From assembly GCF_009914755.1 (NCBI RefSeq), contig NC_060945.1: 64,000 nucleotides of DNA; one strand, given 5' to 3'. The position numbers were made by a program, and so were the translations under genes. The notes under the pieces were generated by a model. The model worked only from the letters and a program-made list of their open reading frames with translations. It was not told where the DNA came from and ran no database searches. This document shows positions 1 to 13,289 of the stretch, in pieces. This DNA comes from the human T2T-CHM13v2.0 reference genome, Homo sapiens. The first letter of the stretch is position 1, and every line of letters starts with the position of its first letter.

Positions 1-20
1 GCAGTTCTTAAAACAAAAAC

Positions 21-343
<323 letters not shown>

Positions 344-344
344 T

Positions 345-885
345 TAAGATAGATTTTTACAAATGTATATATCTACCATTACAGTATCATACAGAATGGT
401 TTTACTGCCGTGAAGATTCTCTGTGTTCTGTGTATCCATCTCTTCCTTCCCCTTGGTCCATGGCAACCACTGATCTTTCTACTGTTCCCATAGTTTCACC
501 GTTTCCAGAATGTCATATAATTGGAATCGAACAGTACATAGACTTTTCGGATTGGCTTCTTCTTTTAGCAATATGCATTTAAGTTTCCTCCATGTATTTT
601 TTTGTGGCTTGATAGATCATCTCCTGTTAGCGGTGAATAATATCCCATTGCCATTATACTTTTGTCAAGACTCATAAAGTACAATGTGAAGAGTAAATAA
701 TTATGAATGTGCACTGTAAGCTTTGATAATGAAGGGTCAAGGTAGGTTCCTGGTTGTCACAGGTGTGCTCCTGTGAGGCAGGAAGCTGTAGTGGGGAGGC
801 TGTGTGTGGGGAAAGGGACATATGGGAGGTCTGTACTCTCTGCTCCGTTTAGCTGTGAACCTGCACTTCTCTAAAAAATAAAATT
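345..885. mobile_element. L1MC-type 3' end with an inverted 5' segment (345-648 minus, 649-885 plus)
   Basis: Both parts resemble consecutive pieces of the L1MC 3'UTR; ends gctgtgaacctgcacttctctaaaaaataaa. Confidence 0.7.
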
Positions 886-2196
886 AGTTAAAATTAAGGG
901 CAAAAAATTAGAAAAATTAAAACATTACAATGTGTGATATAGTTTTCAAATCATAAGACAGAAAAAGACATAATAAAAGAAACTATAGAAAACAACAAGG
1001 ATAGGAATAAAAAACATCAGTGACAGAAGGCAGAAGACAGAAACGTGGAGCCAAACACATTAATTTATTTTAATCATTAGTTATACTCATTTATACTAAT
1101 TTATATTGATTTAACATATTAATTTTGGCTAAATGGCATTAAAGGAGGTTTGAGGAATTTGCATGTCACATTCTGGATGAGAGGACTCAATAATATTAAC
1201 TCTTTAGTTTGCTGTAAATCATTTAAAAATATGCTCAAATTCCAATAAAAATTCCAAGAAAAATATTTTCGAACAAGAAAATGAGATTTTAAATCCACAT
1301 ATTGAACACACACGAGAGCCAATTTTATAAAATTTACTATAAGATATTTAAGATTGTTATTACTATTCAAACTTAAACAAATTTGAAATGGCACAAAAAT
1401 AAACACATTAATGAAAGAGAATCAAAAACACAGAAATTGAGTGTAATTTTATCTAGTAACAGGGTAATATTTTAAACCTACAAAACAGAGCCATTTTTCC
1501 ATTTATGATGTTAAAATATTGGGTAGTGATTTGAGAATATAAAGTGATAGAATTGAATCCTGGTCCCACACCTTACATAAAAGTTAATTCCAGTATTAAA
1601 TGTAAAAAAAAAAAAAAAGAGAGAAAAGAAAAGAAAATTAGATGTACCTGTGTTTTATGACCTTGAGAATGAATGAATGTCTTCTAAAATCAAAATTGCA
1701 AACAGAAACTATACAAAAAGGAATAAACCTAACGTACCTAAAACGTAAATTCTTACACATTTCAACACCAAGTAAATAGCACAAACAAACTGGGGACATT
1801 TTTACAACAATTATGTTAGATGAAAGTTAAAATCCTTATGACATATACAATGTATAAAACAGTATTATTACCACTATTATTAATACCATTATGATTACCT
1901 GGTCTTCCCACGCACCGGTCCTCTTCTAGTGCCCTGTGGTGAAACAGAGCCCTCCCTCTCTGGCCACAGTGAGGGATCCAGCAGGAACCCTGCCTAAGCC
2001 CTCAGAGGGTGTGAGCCAGGCCAGCACATCACATTCCCTCCTGTAATGATGCAGATACCCACTCACGACAGAGATTTGGTACCTCTCTGGAAAAGCTGTG
2101 TAACAATTATTGCAGAAACTTGTTTCTTATGTTCCCAGACACATGGAGAAAGCTGGTCTGGAAGACTGATGTCCACATGCTAAGAGAAGCAGTCAC

Positions 2197-4625
2197 TCAT
2201 AACACACACTGCACACACCACACCATGTGCACACACACCATGTGCACACGTGAAGGGGCGGCCTGCCCCTCCACACTTGTGGGCGTTTCTCATCGGGTGG
2301 AACAAGAGACTTGAGAAAAGAGACACAGAGACAAAGTATAAAGAAAAGTGGGCCCAGGGGAACGGCGCTCAGCATACGGAGGACCCACACCAGCACCAGT
2401 CTCTCAGTTCCCTTAGTATTTATTGATCATTATCAGGCGTTTCTCAGAGAGGGGGATGTGGCAGGACAATAGGTTAATAGTGGAGAGAAGGTCAGCAGGA
2501 AAACATATGAACAAATGTCTCTGCATCATAAACAAGGTAAAGAAAAAAGAGCTGTGCTTTTGATGTTCATATACATAAACATCTCAATGCCTTAAAAAGC
2601 AGTATTGTTGCCAGCATGTCCCACCTCCAGCCCTAAGGCAGTTTTCCCCTATCTCAGTAGATGGAATATACAACTGGGCTTTACACTGAGACATTCCATT
2701 ACCCAGGGACTAGCAGGAGACAGATGCCTTCCTCTTATCTCAACTGCAAAGAGGCCTTCCTCTTTTACTAATCCTCCCCAGCACAGACCCTTTATCTGTG
2801 TCAGGCTGGGGGATGGTCAGGTCTTTCCCTTCCCATGAGACCATATTTCAGACTATCACATGGGGAGAAACCTTGGACAATACCTGGCTTTCCTAGGCAG
2901 AGGTCCCTGTGGCCTTCCGCAGTGTTTTGTGTCTCTGGGTACTTGAGAGTAGGGAGTGGTGATGACTCTTAACAAGCATGCTGCCTTCAAGCATTTGTCT
3001 AACAAAGCACATCCTGCACAGCCCTTAATCCATTTAACCTTGACTTGACACAGCACATGTCTCAGGGAGCACAGGGTTGGGGGTACGGTTACAGATTAAC
3101 AGCCTCTCAAGGCAGAAAAATTTTTCTTAGTACAGAACAAAATGGAGTCTCTTATGTCTACTTCTTTCTACATAGACACAGTAACAGTCTGATCTCTTTC
3201 TTTTACCCACACACACGCATACACACCCCACACACAGACACCGCACACACGGCACACACACCCCAGACACCACACCCACTGCACACACACCATGTGCACA
3301 CGCACAACCCAGACACCATACACACTGCACATACCTCATGAGCACATGCGCACACATCACACAGACACCACACACTGAACACACACCACACACACACTGC
3401 ACACACACCATGTGCACAAACACACCACACACTGCACACACACCATGTGCACGCGTACACACCCCACACTGCACGCACACACCCCACAGACACCACACAC
3501 AACACACCATGTGCACACACACCCCACACAGACACCACACACTGCACACACACCCCACCACACTGCACATGCCACACCATGTGTACATGAACACACCACA
3601 CACACCACACCGTGTACACAAGCACACGTGCCCCACGCATACACCACACAGACAGCACACACACAGCACACAGCACACCATGCATACACGCACACACACC
3701 CCCACACACCACACATACTGCACACACACCATGTACACACGCACACACACCCCACACAGACATCACACACTGCACACACACCATGTATACATGCACACAC
3801 ACCCCCACACATCACACACACCACATACCACGTGCACACGCACACACCACAGACACCACACATTGCACACACACCATGTGCACACGCACACACCCCACCA
3901 CACACACATACACTGCACACAGACCAGGTGCACACACGCACACCCCGATACACCACACACACACCATGTGCACACACACACACCCCAGACACCACAGACA
4001 CTGCACACACACCATGTGCACACGCACACACATCCCCACACCACACACTGCACAATGTGCACACACGCATACCCCCCACACACTGCACACACTACACCAC
4101 ACACATGAATCTACTACACACACAACATACACATACAGCACCACACACACCCCATACTCCCCACACACATCAAACACACGCCCCACACATACTCCCCACA
4201 CACTGCACACGTATATATAGCACCACACACACAGAGCACACACATCACATACACACACCACACATACTGTGCACACACATACCACACATTCTACACTCAT
4301 CACATCAAATACTACACACAGTACACACACACCCAGCACCATACACAAACACATCACATAAACCACAAATTGCACACACATATATCACACACACACCACA
4401 CCACACGTAGTACACACACACCACACCCACATACACCACAAACACAGCACATATACACACCATGCACCACCCACAAACTACACACAGTATACACACAAAA
4501 CACCCACAATACACACTACACATACATATACATACCCCATGAACCTACTACACACACAGACCACATACACACACCATACATACACATCACACACATACAC
4601 CTGTGCACACCTCACAGCATACATA
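2197..4625. repeat. Degenerate (CA)-rich tandem array, interrupted by LTR5
   Basis: Recurring motif cacactgcacacacaccatgtgcacacgcacacacacccc at 2197-2250 and 3212-4625. Confidence 0.95.
2251..3211 (-). mobile_element. HERV-K(HML-2) solo LTR (LTR5A/LTR5B-like), 961 bp
   Basis: Minus strand starts TGTGGGTAAAAGAAAGAGATCAGACTGTTACTGTGTC and ends GGGGCAGGCCGCCCCTTCA. 6-bp TSD CACACG at 2245-2250 and 3212-3217. AATAAA at 2419-2424 (-). Confidence 0.93.
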
Positions 4626-5735
4626 CAATGCTCACTTTTGGAAATTAATTTTGCTTTTAAGGGGCCTGGATAGTAAAGTATTTTATTGGCATTTGAATGA
4701 ACCAAGAAAATGCATATAAATACACATGCGTAACTATAAGGGCAAAAGTAGTACTTTCGAAATCACAACATTAGATTAAACCATATAATTTTTTATTGTT
4801 TTTAAAAAATCGAGTCTTTCTCATCTTACGATAAATTATTTACCAGAGTAAATAAGCTTCTTACTGAGGTCAAAAGACTTTCTGGAAAAACTTCTCTTTG
4901 ATGAAATTGCACGTAAAACATCACTTCCTTCGTGAAGTATTTAAGATGGTCTTGGTCCTTTTCCTGTTATGTGGAATCGTCAATTCAAATTTTAAAAGTG
5001 ACTTTGAGATGTTTTTCATCTATTATCTAAAAATGTTGAAGGCGTTTTTAATTCTGCCTTCAACAGAGATCAACATACCTCTGATTATGATGTAAAGCTG
5101 AACATGTTACTCTGACAGGCTTTCTTTTCTCCAGTGCAGCTACCATCATTATTAATAAGGATTGAATGCTTTTACTCCAGGCACAATCTGTATTCCCTGC
5201 TTTATAAAGAACAGAAATCTAATTCTCACTATGAAGGCAGATAAAAGTAATCCCTTCAACCTATAGATGAATCATTTACCAAAGCACTCAGACTTTAAAT
5301 AGCATTTATCAAATGTGTCTATATTTCTACGCAGATTCATAGAAAGAACATGTAGTTTAAATCATTGCACATTTTATGCTTTTAATGAGTTGTGATGGTC
5401 ATTAGTATTTTTATCACATTTCCCCAAAGGTAGGCTAATTACTGTTATTATTTTCAGCTAGAAATATAAAATGAATTTTCTATTTTTGAAGACTTTGAAA
5501 CATAATCCTTGGAATATAATATCTGTGTATAATATCTGTGGAAAGCATGAAAGTAACATTCAAACAGTATGCATTTTTTCCAGAATGAAAATTTACTCTA
5601 CAATAACATTCATCATTTTTTCCTGATGGGCACATAAAAGTCAACATTTCTAACATTGCTGGACGTTATTTACATTAAACTTGCCTCAGATTCTGGTGTT
5701 GCAGAAAGTGGACAAGAGGCTACAAGGTACACAAT

Positions 5736-5762
5736 ACACACACACACACACACACACACACA
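5736..5762. repeat. (CA)n microsatellite
   Basis: About 13 pure CA units. Confidence 0.9.
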
Positions 5763-6184
5763 AAACTTGTATTATTATACTTACCTAAGTGTCTAAAGAG
5801 GTGGATAAATATATTAGATTGCTCCAGAACAAGGATTTTTATGGGGCCTATTGGAAAGTATGACTGCAGTTTGAGTGAGATGCCTGTAAGAGATTCAATT
5901 TTGCCACTAATAGAGTATCCAATTTTAAAAATACTGACAGAAGGGTCATGAGATAGACATTTTCACCTAGATCTATTGGAAATATGCTACTAGATTCTGT
6001 AGTGAAAAGACTGGTGCGGTAATTGTAAAACACATCTGATATCTAAACCTTTGTTTTTTACCTGAAATCCTTATGGGGGTGATTGTGTATGTCAATTTGA
6101 ATCTTCCCATCAACAAGATAAATAAATACATAAATAAACAGCCAGTCTGCCTGTATAAATTAGTTCACCTTTTCTATATTTTGA

Positions 6185-6530
6185 GGGCAGTGCTTCTCCT
6201 CCTTTGACAGCCACAAGATTCACCCGGGGATCCCTTAAAATGCAAAACCATAGACCACACTTTGACTAGCTTGGATAAGGGGCCACAGCATTGAAATGAG
6301 TGTGTAGGTGACTGTGCTGAGATTCTCCTGCTCATTTGGGCACTGGCTCACTATATAAACAAAGCTTAGGACCTCTAGTCCTTGCCGAAAAGAAATACAC
6401 ATACATAGGATGTGACTGTGCATATGGAATATCTGTTGTGTTCTGGACATTGTGCTAGACAACAGAGATAAGAAGTCAAATAATCCCTTGTCTCTATCTG
6501 AAAAGAGCTTCCTATGCACTGGCTTCTGAG
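6185..6530. repeat. Left arm of a diverged inverted duplication (partner 8033-8370)
   Basis: e.g. catagaccacactttgactagc here versus gctagtcaaagtgtggtctatg at ~8285; tgactgtgcatatggaat versus attccatatgcacagtca. Confidence 0.9.
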
Positions 6531-6754
6531 GTCTTTGAAACTAGATTCACTTTCAGATTTGATTATTATATTTATGATTTGATATTTTCATTGAACCCCA
6601 TGATATGATAAAGTTTTCCAGAACCTGCTAGAATAATTGACTTTCCTCTCAGCATTATGAAGCCACTGGGGCACATAAGTAGTTCATTTATGTTTCTATT
6701 TAACCAGACAGGAACAACTTGAGCTACTTTTCTAGACAATTTTGTTTAGAGCTG

Positions 6755-7028
6755 TTTTTGTTATTTTTGTTTGTTTTTGAGACGGGTCTCACTCTGTCAC
6801 CTAGGCTGAAATGCAGTGGTGTGACCAGAGCTCACTGCAGCCTCTACCTTCTGGGCTCAAGCAATCCTCTCACCTCAGCCTCCTGAAAAGCTGGGACCCA
6901 CAGGCTCATACCACCATACCCTCCTAATTAAAAATATTTTTTTTTTAGAGACAGTTTTTCCATGTTTCTTAGACTTGTCTCCAACTCTTGAACTTAAGCA
7001 ATCTGCTTGCCTCAGCCTCCTAAAGTGT
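6755..7028 (-). mobile_element. Alu (AluJ-like)
   Basis: T-rich tail then gagacgggtctcactctgtcacctaggctg; diverged. Confidence 0.9.
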
Positions 7029-7135
7029 AGAGCTGTGTTTTCATCTTTTCTTGAGCTGTTTTACAATCCAGTTTTGAATTTGTAAGTTTGGATTCATTCT
7101 GACATTTACAGATTTTACATCCTACTTCACAAGAT

Positions 7136-7234
7136 GCTCATAGCCTTAATCCATTACAGCCGCTGCCTCATCCATCTCTGCTCATAGCCTTGATCTATTA
7201 CAGTTGCCACCTCGTCCATCTCTGCTCATAGCCT
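7136..7234. repeat. 44-bp tandem repeat, ~2.3 copies
   Basis: gctcatagccttaatccattacagccgctgcctcatccatctct repeated. Confidence 0.85.
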
Positions 7235-7431
7235 AAACTAATGGAAGCCAGAGGGAACAAATGGAAGCCAATGTGAGATCAGAACACACATTTTATAAGA
7301 GTATAAGAAATTTAAATATAGCAAAGTATATCATGAAGTTTGTAAAAGATGTGATGGCTAAAATTTATTCTTAATCAATATATTCTATAAATTGGGAGAA
7401 AATATTAAACACATGAAAAATAAGGAACCTG

Positions 7432-7742
<311 letters not shown>

Positions 7743-8032
7743 TCATCATTAATATATATATTAACTAATATGACAAGAATGTGGTTTATGTTTTTATCTT
7801 TGCAAGATTTAGGAACATTTAGTGGAAGGAGGAAGAATTTATAATCATGGGGAGCCTGTATGATACTGGAGGGAGGCTTCTGACAAGGCATCAAGAGGTA
7901 TGCTATGGTCATAGCTATGTGGGAGCACAGCTAGCTATGATCTCCCCCATCAAACCCGCTGGGCAGTGTTCAGTTACCAACATTGAGATAGAGCTCACCC
8001 ACCCAGGACAGAAGAGAAAATATACACTGCAG

Positions 8033-8370
8033 TCAGAAGCCACTGTGTAGGAAGCTCCTTTCAGAAAGAGGCAAGGGATATTTGACTTTTTATCTCTAGT
8101 GTCTAGTACAATGTCGAGAACGCAACAGACATTCCATATGCACAGTCATATCCTATGTATCTGTATTTCTTTTCCAGCAGGGACTGGAGGTCCTAAGCTT
8201 CGTTCATATGGTGAGCCAGTGCCCACATGAACAGTAGGATCTTAGCACTGTCACCTGGACATCCATTTAAATGCTCTTGTCTTAGCTAGTCAAAGTGTGG
8301 TCTATGAGTTTGCATTTTAATAAGATTCCAGGGTGAATCTTGTGCATGTTACAGGGAAGCACTGTCCTAC
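8033..8370. repeat. Right arm of the inverted duplication, ending in a MER5-like remnant
   Basis: Reverse complement of 6185-6530; tgcattttaataagattccagggtgaatc...gaagcactg resembles the MER5 end. Confidence 0.88.
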
Positions 8371-9605
8371 ATCATATGTGACAGGTTCTCATAGTCACCA
8401 TCATCACGGGAATCTTGCACACGTTACAGGGAAGCACTGTCCTACATCACATGTGACAGGCTCTCATAGTCACCATCATCACAGGAATCTTGTGCATGTT
8501 ACAGGGAAGCACTGTCCTACATCGTATCAGACAGGCTCTCATAGTCACAATCCTGTCGGGAATCTTGTGCTTGTTACAGAGGAAGCACTGTCCTACATCA
8601 TATGTGACAGGCCATCATAGTCACCATCATCACGGGAATCTTGTGCATATTAAAGGGAAGCACTGTCCTACATAGTATCTGACAGGTTCTCAAAGTCACC
8701 ATCATCACGGGAATCCTGTGCATGTTACAGGGAAGCATTGTCCTACATCATATGTGACAGGCTGTCATAGTCACCATCATCACGGGAATGTTGTGCATGT
8801 TACAGGGAAGCACTGTCCCACATCATATGTGACAGGCTCTCATAGTCACCATCATCACGGGAATCTTGTGCATGTTACAGGGAAGCACTGCCCTACATCA
8901 TGTGTGACAGGCTCTCATAGTCACCATCATCACGGGAATCTTGCACACGTTACAGGGAAGCACTGTCCTACATCATATGTGACAGGCTGTCATAGTCACC
9001 ATCATCACGGGAATCTTGTGCATGTTACAGGGAAGCACTGTCCTACATCATATGTGACAGGCTCTCATAGTCACCATCATCACGGGAATCTTGTGCATGT
9101 TACAGGGAAGCACTGTTCTACATAGTATCTGACAGGCTCTCATAGTCAACATCATCATGGGAATCTTGGGCATGTTACAGGGAAGCACTGTCCTACATCA
9201 TATGTGACAGGCTCTCATAGTCACCATCATCACGGGAATCTTGCACACGTTACAGGGAAGCACTGTCGTACATCATATATGACAGGCTGTCATAGTCACC
9301 ATCATCATGGGAATCTTGTGCATGTTACAGGGAAACACTGTCCTACATCATATGTGACAGGATCAAATAGTCACCATCATCACGGGAATCTTGTGCATAT
9401 TAAAGGGAAGCACTGTCCTACATAGTATCTGACAGGCTGTCATAGTCACCATCATCACAGGAATCTTGTGCATGTTACAGGGAAGCACTGTTCTATATAG
9501 TATCTGACAGGGTCTCATAGTCACCATCATCACGGGACTCTTGCACACGTTACAGGGAAGCACTATCCCACATCATGTGACAGGCTCTCATAGTCACCAT
9601 CACCA
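8333..9605 (+). repeat. 75-bp minisatellite (VNTR-like), ~17 copies
   Basis: Unit gggaatcttgtgcatgttacagggaagcactgtcctacatcatatgtgacaggctctcatagtcaccatcatcac. Confidence 0.96.
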
Positions 9606-11015
9606 GGGGAAGCTGCATTTAGAGCATTTAACTATATGGGCTCTGAAATCAGATAACTTAGGATTAGACTTACTTCTACTTCTTACTAAGCAGAGAACTC
9701 TGGGGTGAAAACTTTACGAGACCCAGTTTTATCATGTCCAAATAGGAGGCATGGTGAAATTATAGCATTTTGCATAGAATATTGTTTTAAGTATAAAATG
9801 AAATAGTACATAGTAAGCTTCTGCCATACACTGACTGCACAATAAATAGTAGTTAATAGTAACTCATTTAATTCTAAGGTCTATAAATTTGTGCACAATA
9901 ATTTTTTGTGACTACCCAAATTTTCATAATTAGTCTAGATTTAAAATCAAGGAATGTTCTTATGTGTAGTTGGCAATCAATATGACATGCCAAAATTATA
10001 TGTAAGTATTTTATTGATGGTAGGGATATAATAAATTTACCATCAAAAGAGAAACGATAATCTATGTTTGCAGACTCCAGAAAGCTGTCTCTCACATAAG
10101 AATTTGCAATTTCTGGGGGAAAAGAAAAAGTTGATTGTGCAAATAAACATTACCATGGAGTCTTCTCTATGGCAACATCAAAAATGAAAGCTGATTCTCA
10201 TCTTCCTAACAATCTGCAAAGATGAGAGAAACACAACCTACTGAGCATCAAGTTAAAGAAGGAGAGAATTTGAGTGGCACAGGAGGAAATCATGTCACCG
10301 CTAGCAAAATCAATATGACCAGTGCTCCTCTGCCCTCCTCCGAGGCTAAGGATGGGTTAAATATCAGTGGCTGACCTCAGGTAATGGAATGAGCAAAAAA
10401 GCTATAAAAATGCATGCATTACATAATTAAGAGGGTGGGAAGGGATTTTTTTAAAAAGGCAATTCCTACTTGGGTTCCTTCCTGTTCACCCCATTGGCGA
10501 AGAAGCTAGCCTTGTCCTAGAATTCTGGGAATGGCTGCAGACAAAACACTGAGCAGACGAAATTCCCAGTAATTTACTCGTCACACATACTCAGCCAGGG
10601 GGATGACACTGCATTTATGCAGGTCTACCCAGGCTTGCACTCTGGAACAGAGGGTGTGGGAGGAAGGCTTGGTAGAAGTCAGAGGGTGGGGTAACCCCTG
10701 GTCCCTTCAGGGATGTGCTTGACTAATTCAGAGTTTTGCAGTCTGGTGGGGGCATGAAAGTCATTAGGCTGAGGACATGGTGGGGTGCTGCATGAAATTT
10801 TAGGTGTCACAATACAATTGACCCCTGATGCTTTAACATCAGACATTTATTTTCATGATGACTAATATTTTGAGAGGCTGAGAGAAAGCTGCTGAGACAT
10901 TGTAATAAGTGCTTAGGGACATGAGAAATTAGGAAGGCCACAGTTATGAGTAATGTAATGTGGAAACCGATGCAAATCTACTGCCCCCATTTATTTAGCA
11001 GGAGGCAGGAAAAGT

Positions 11016-11169
11016 GATCTGGGGTCTCTGGCAGCACAAGCCTGTTCGTAAATATTTGGGTGACGTCATGCATTCCCCATGCATTGGTTTAGAGATCTGG
11101 GGTCTCTGGCAGCACAAGCGTGTTCATAAATATTTGGGTGACGTCATGCATCCCCCATGCATTGGTTTT
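11016..11169. repeat. 78-bp tandem duplication, each copy carrying TGACGTCA
   Basis: Copies start at 11016 and 11094; CRE palindromes at 11061-11068 and 11139-11146. Confidence 0.92.
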
Positions 11170-12548
11170 CATGTCTCCAGTGAGTTGTTGGGCAAGTCTG
11201 ATATTACTGATCCACACGCAGCAGGCAGCTTCCTGTACGGAGCTACCTCTACCCCTTGGACAGTCCAGGACTGAATGGTTGTCAAAAATGTGAACTCCTT
11301 GATGTCCAGTAAAGGCAACTGAGGGAACTGTGTAGCACTGGTGTAAAGAGTGCCCTTTCCTAAGAAGCATGAACTTAAGAGTAATCAAAGCCTGTGGCAA
11401 CAGTGGAACCCAGCAGGGCATCCACTCGCTGCTTTGTAACTTAAATAGGAATTCTTTGAGGAGCTCAGTCTATCTCTCAACTAAAGCAGCTGCCTGCAGC
11501 CTATAGGGGCAGTAGAAGCCCTACTGGACACTTTCACAAGCCTAGCACTGTGTTTTCTGATGAAATGTTGCCTTGGTCACCATCAGTAGTGTCTGGAACT
11601 CTCCACAGGGGATAAGGAGTGTCCCTGTGAGATCCGTACTGTGTCCTTGGTTAAAAAAAGGCATCTGTTACCTTGACTGTATTCTGAGTATCCATGAGGC
11701 AAGAAGTTTCTTTAATTCAATGGGGAGGGAAGGTGGAGAATTCTTGGCAATTGCCAAAAATTTGTAAAAATGTACAAATGGGGCTAATTGTTGGCCCAGC
11801 ATCAGTGCTGAGATGATCACCTCAAGTTTGGCCAGTTGTGCTGAGGCTTTGGTGTCATCCTTTATCAGGGACATCGTAGCTAAGCGAGGGAAGGCAGCAG
11901 CATCCCACTGAGCTCCATCACGTCAGATGATGGCATCCATTCAGAAGGTGGACGAACTTCACTGCTGGTCACTCAGTCGATCCCAAGGGGCCTCGGAGAT
12001 GGCTGACTTCCAGCAACACAGACTGAGGATGAAGGAGGCCAGTGTTTCCTGCAGATGAGAATGGCAGGGGGTCCAGGTTTGACTCCATCCTGACGCAAGG
12101 AGGTCTCTGCAGCTGTGCCAAGGCTGTGGGGTGCTGCTTCCCAAGGCCTGATGGCCAGATGGGCATGAAGGCTCGTGGACATGGATGCAGAGCCCTCTGT
12201 TTCCAGAGGGTCCAGCATGTGGTCAGCAATCACTGCCCTGATGCTGTACAGAACAGGGTCAAAAGGGGCAGGTTTGTTTTTTACATCAGAAGCCCATGAC
12301 TACTTATGGCCACCATATGCAACCCAGATACTTCAGGAGGCATAGGAAGAGTTTGCTAAAGCATCCACAGTGTGTTCTCTGAGGGAATTCATAGGAGTAC
12401 CTGTTAATTTAATCGGACAGATTCCAGACTTGTTGGAGGAGGCTTCATTCAAGGTGGGTCAGTTTGCCAATGACAGCATCAGTGAGATTAAGTAAGATTT
12501 CTAAATAAGAAATATATTGTCACCTGAACCCCAAGTAAAGAATTAAAG

Positions 12549-12850
<302 letters not shown>

Positions 12851-13289
12851 TTAAAGAATATTAGGCTTGTATTAACATTTTGGATGCTGAGAGGATGAAT
12901 AGCTATTTTTTGAAAGTCTCAGGAATAGGGCAGCCCCATATTTACCAAGGAATTTTCAGGAATTGAAGCAAAGTGGCAGGGCCTTGCACTACTGTGTTGG
13001 GAAAGGTCCATTCCCTTTGTGTAAGCCTCCTTGTATCTGTGTGTCCTTAGTGTGTAAAATGAATTTTCTCTGAGAATGAGGTCATCAGTATAATGTCACA
13101 CCTGTGCTCCTGTAGAAAGGTGGTTGCAGTGAGATCTTGTCTGTGAAGATTGCATGCAGTGACAAGGCTGCCGAGGCACTCCGTGGGTCGCCTGGTCCCT
13201 TCAGAGACGAAGGCAGCCTATGACTGAGACTCTGTTAAAATAGGCACAAAAATAACATGGTAGCCAAATCTATAACAACAAAATATTTA

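Noticed and set aside
3045-4705. Long His/Thr/Pro- and Cys/Val-rich ORFs (up to 332 aa) on both strands
   Set aside because: Artefacts of the stop-poor (CA)-rich array; open in nearly all frames.
8333-9605. CRISPR-like array
   Set aside because: Whole 75-bp units repeat with no unique spacers, there are no cas genes, and the DNA is primate.
10480-10795. Possible old ERVL-class LTR flanking the pol remnant
   Set aside because: LTR-like composition, but I cannot assign a family or termini without a Dfam search.
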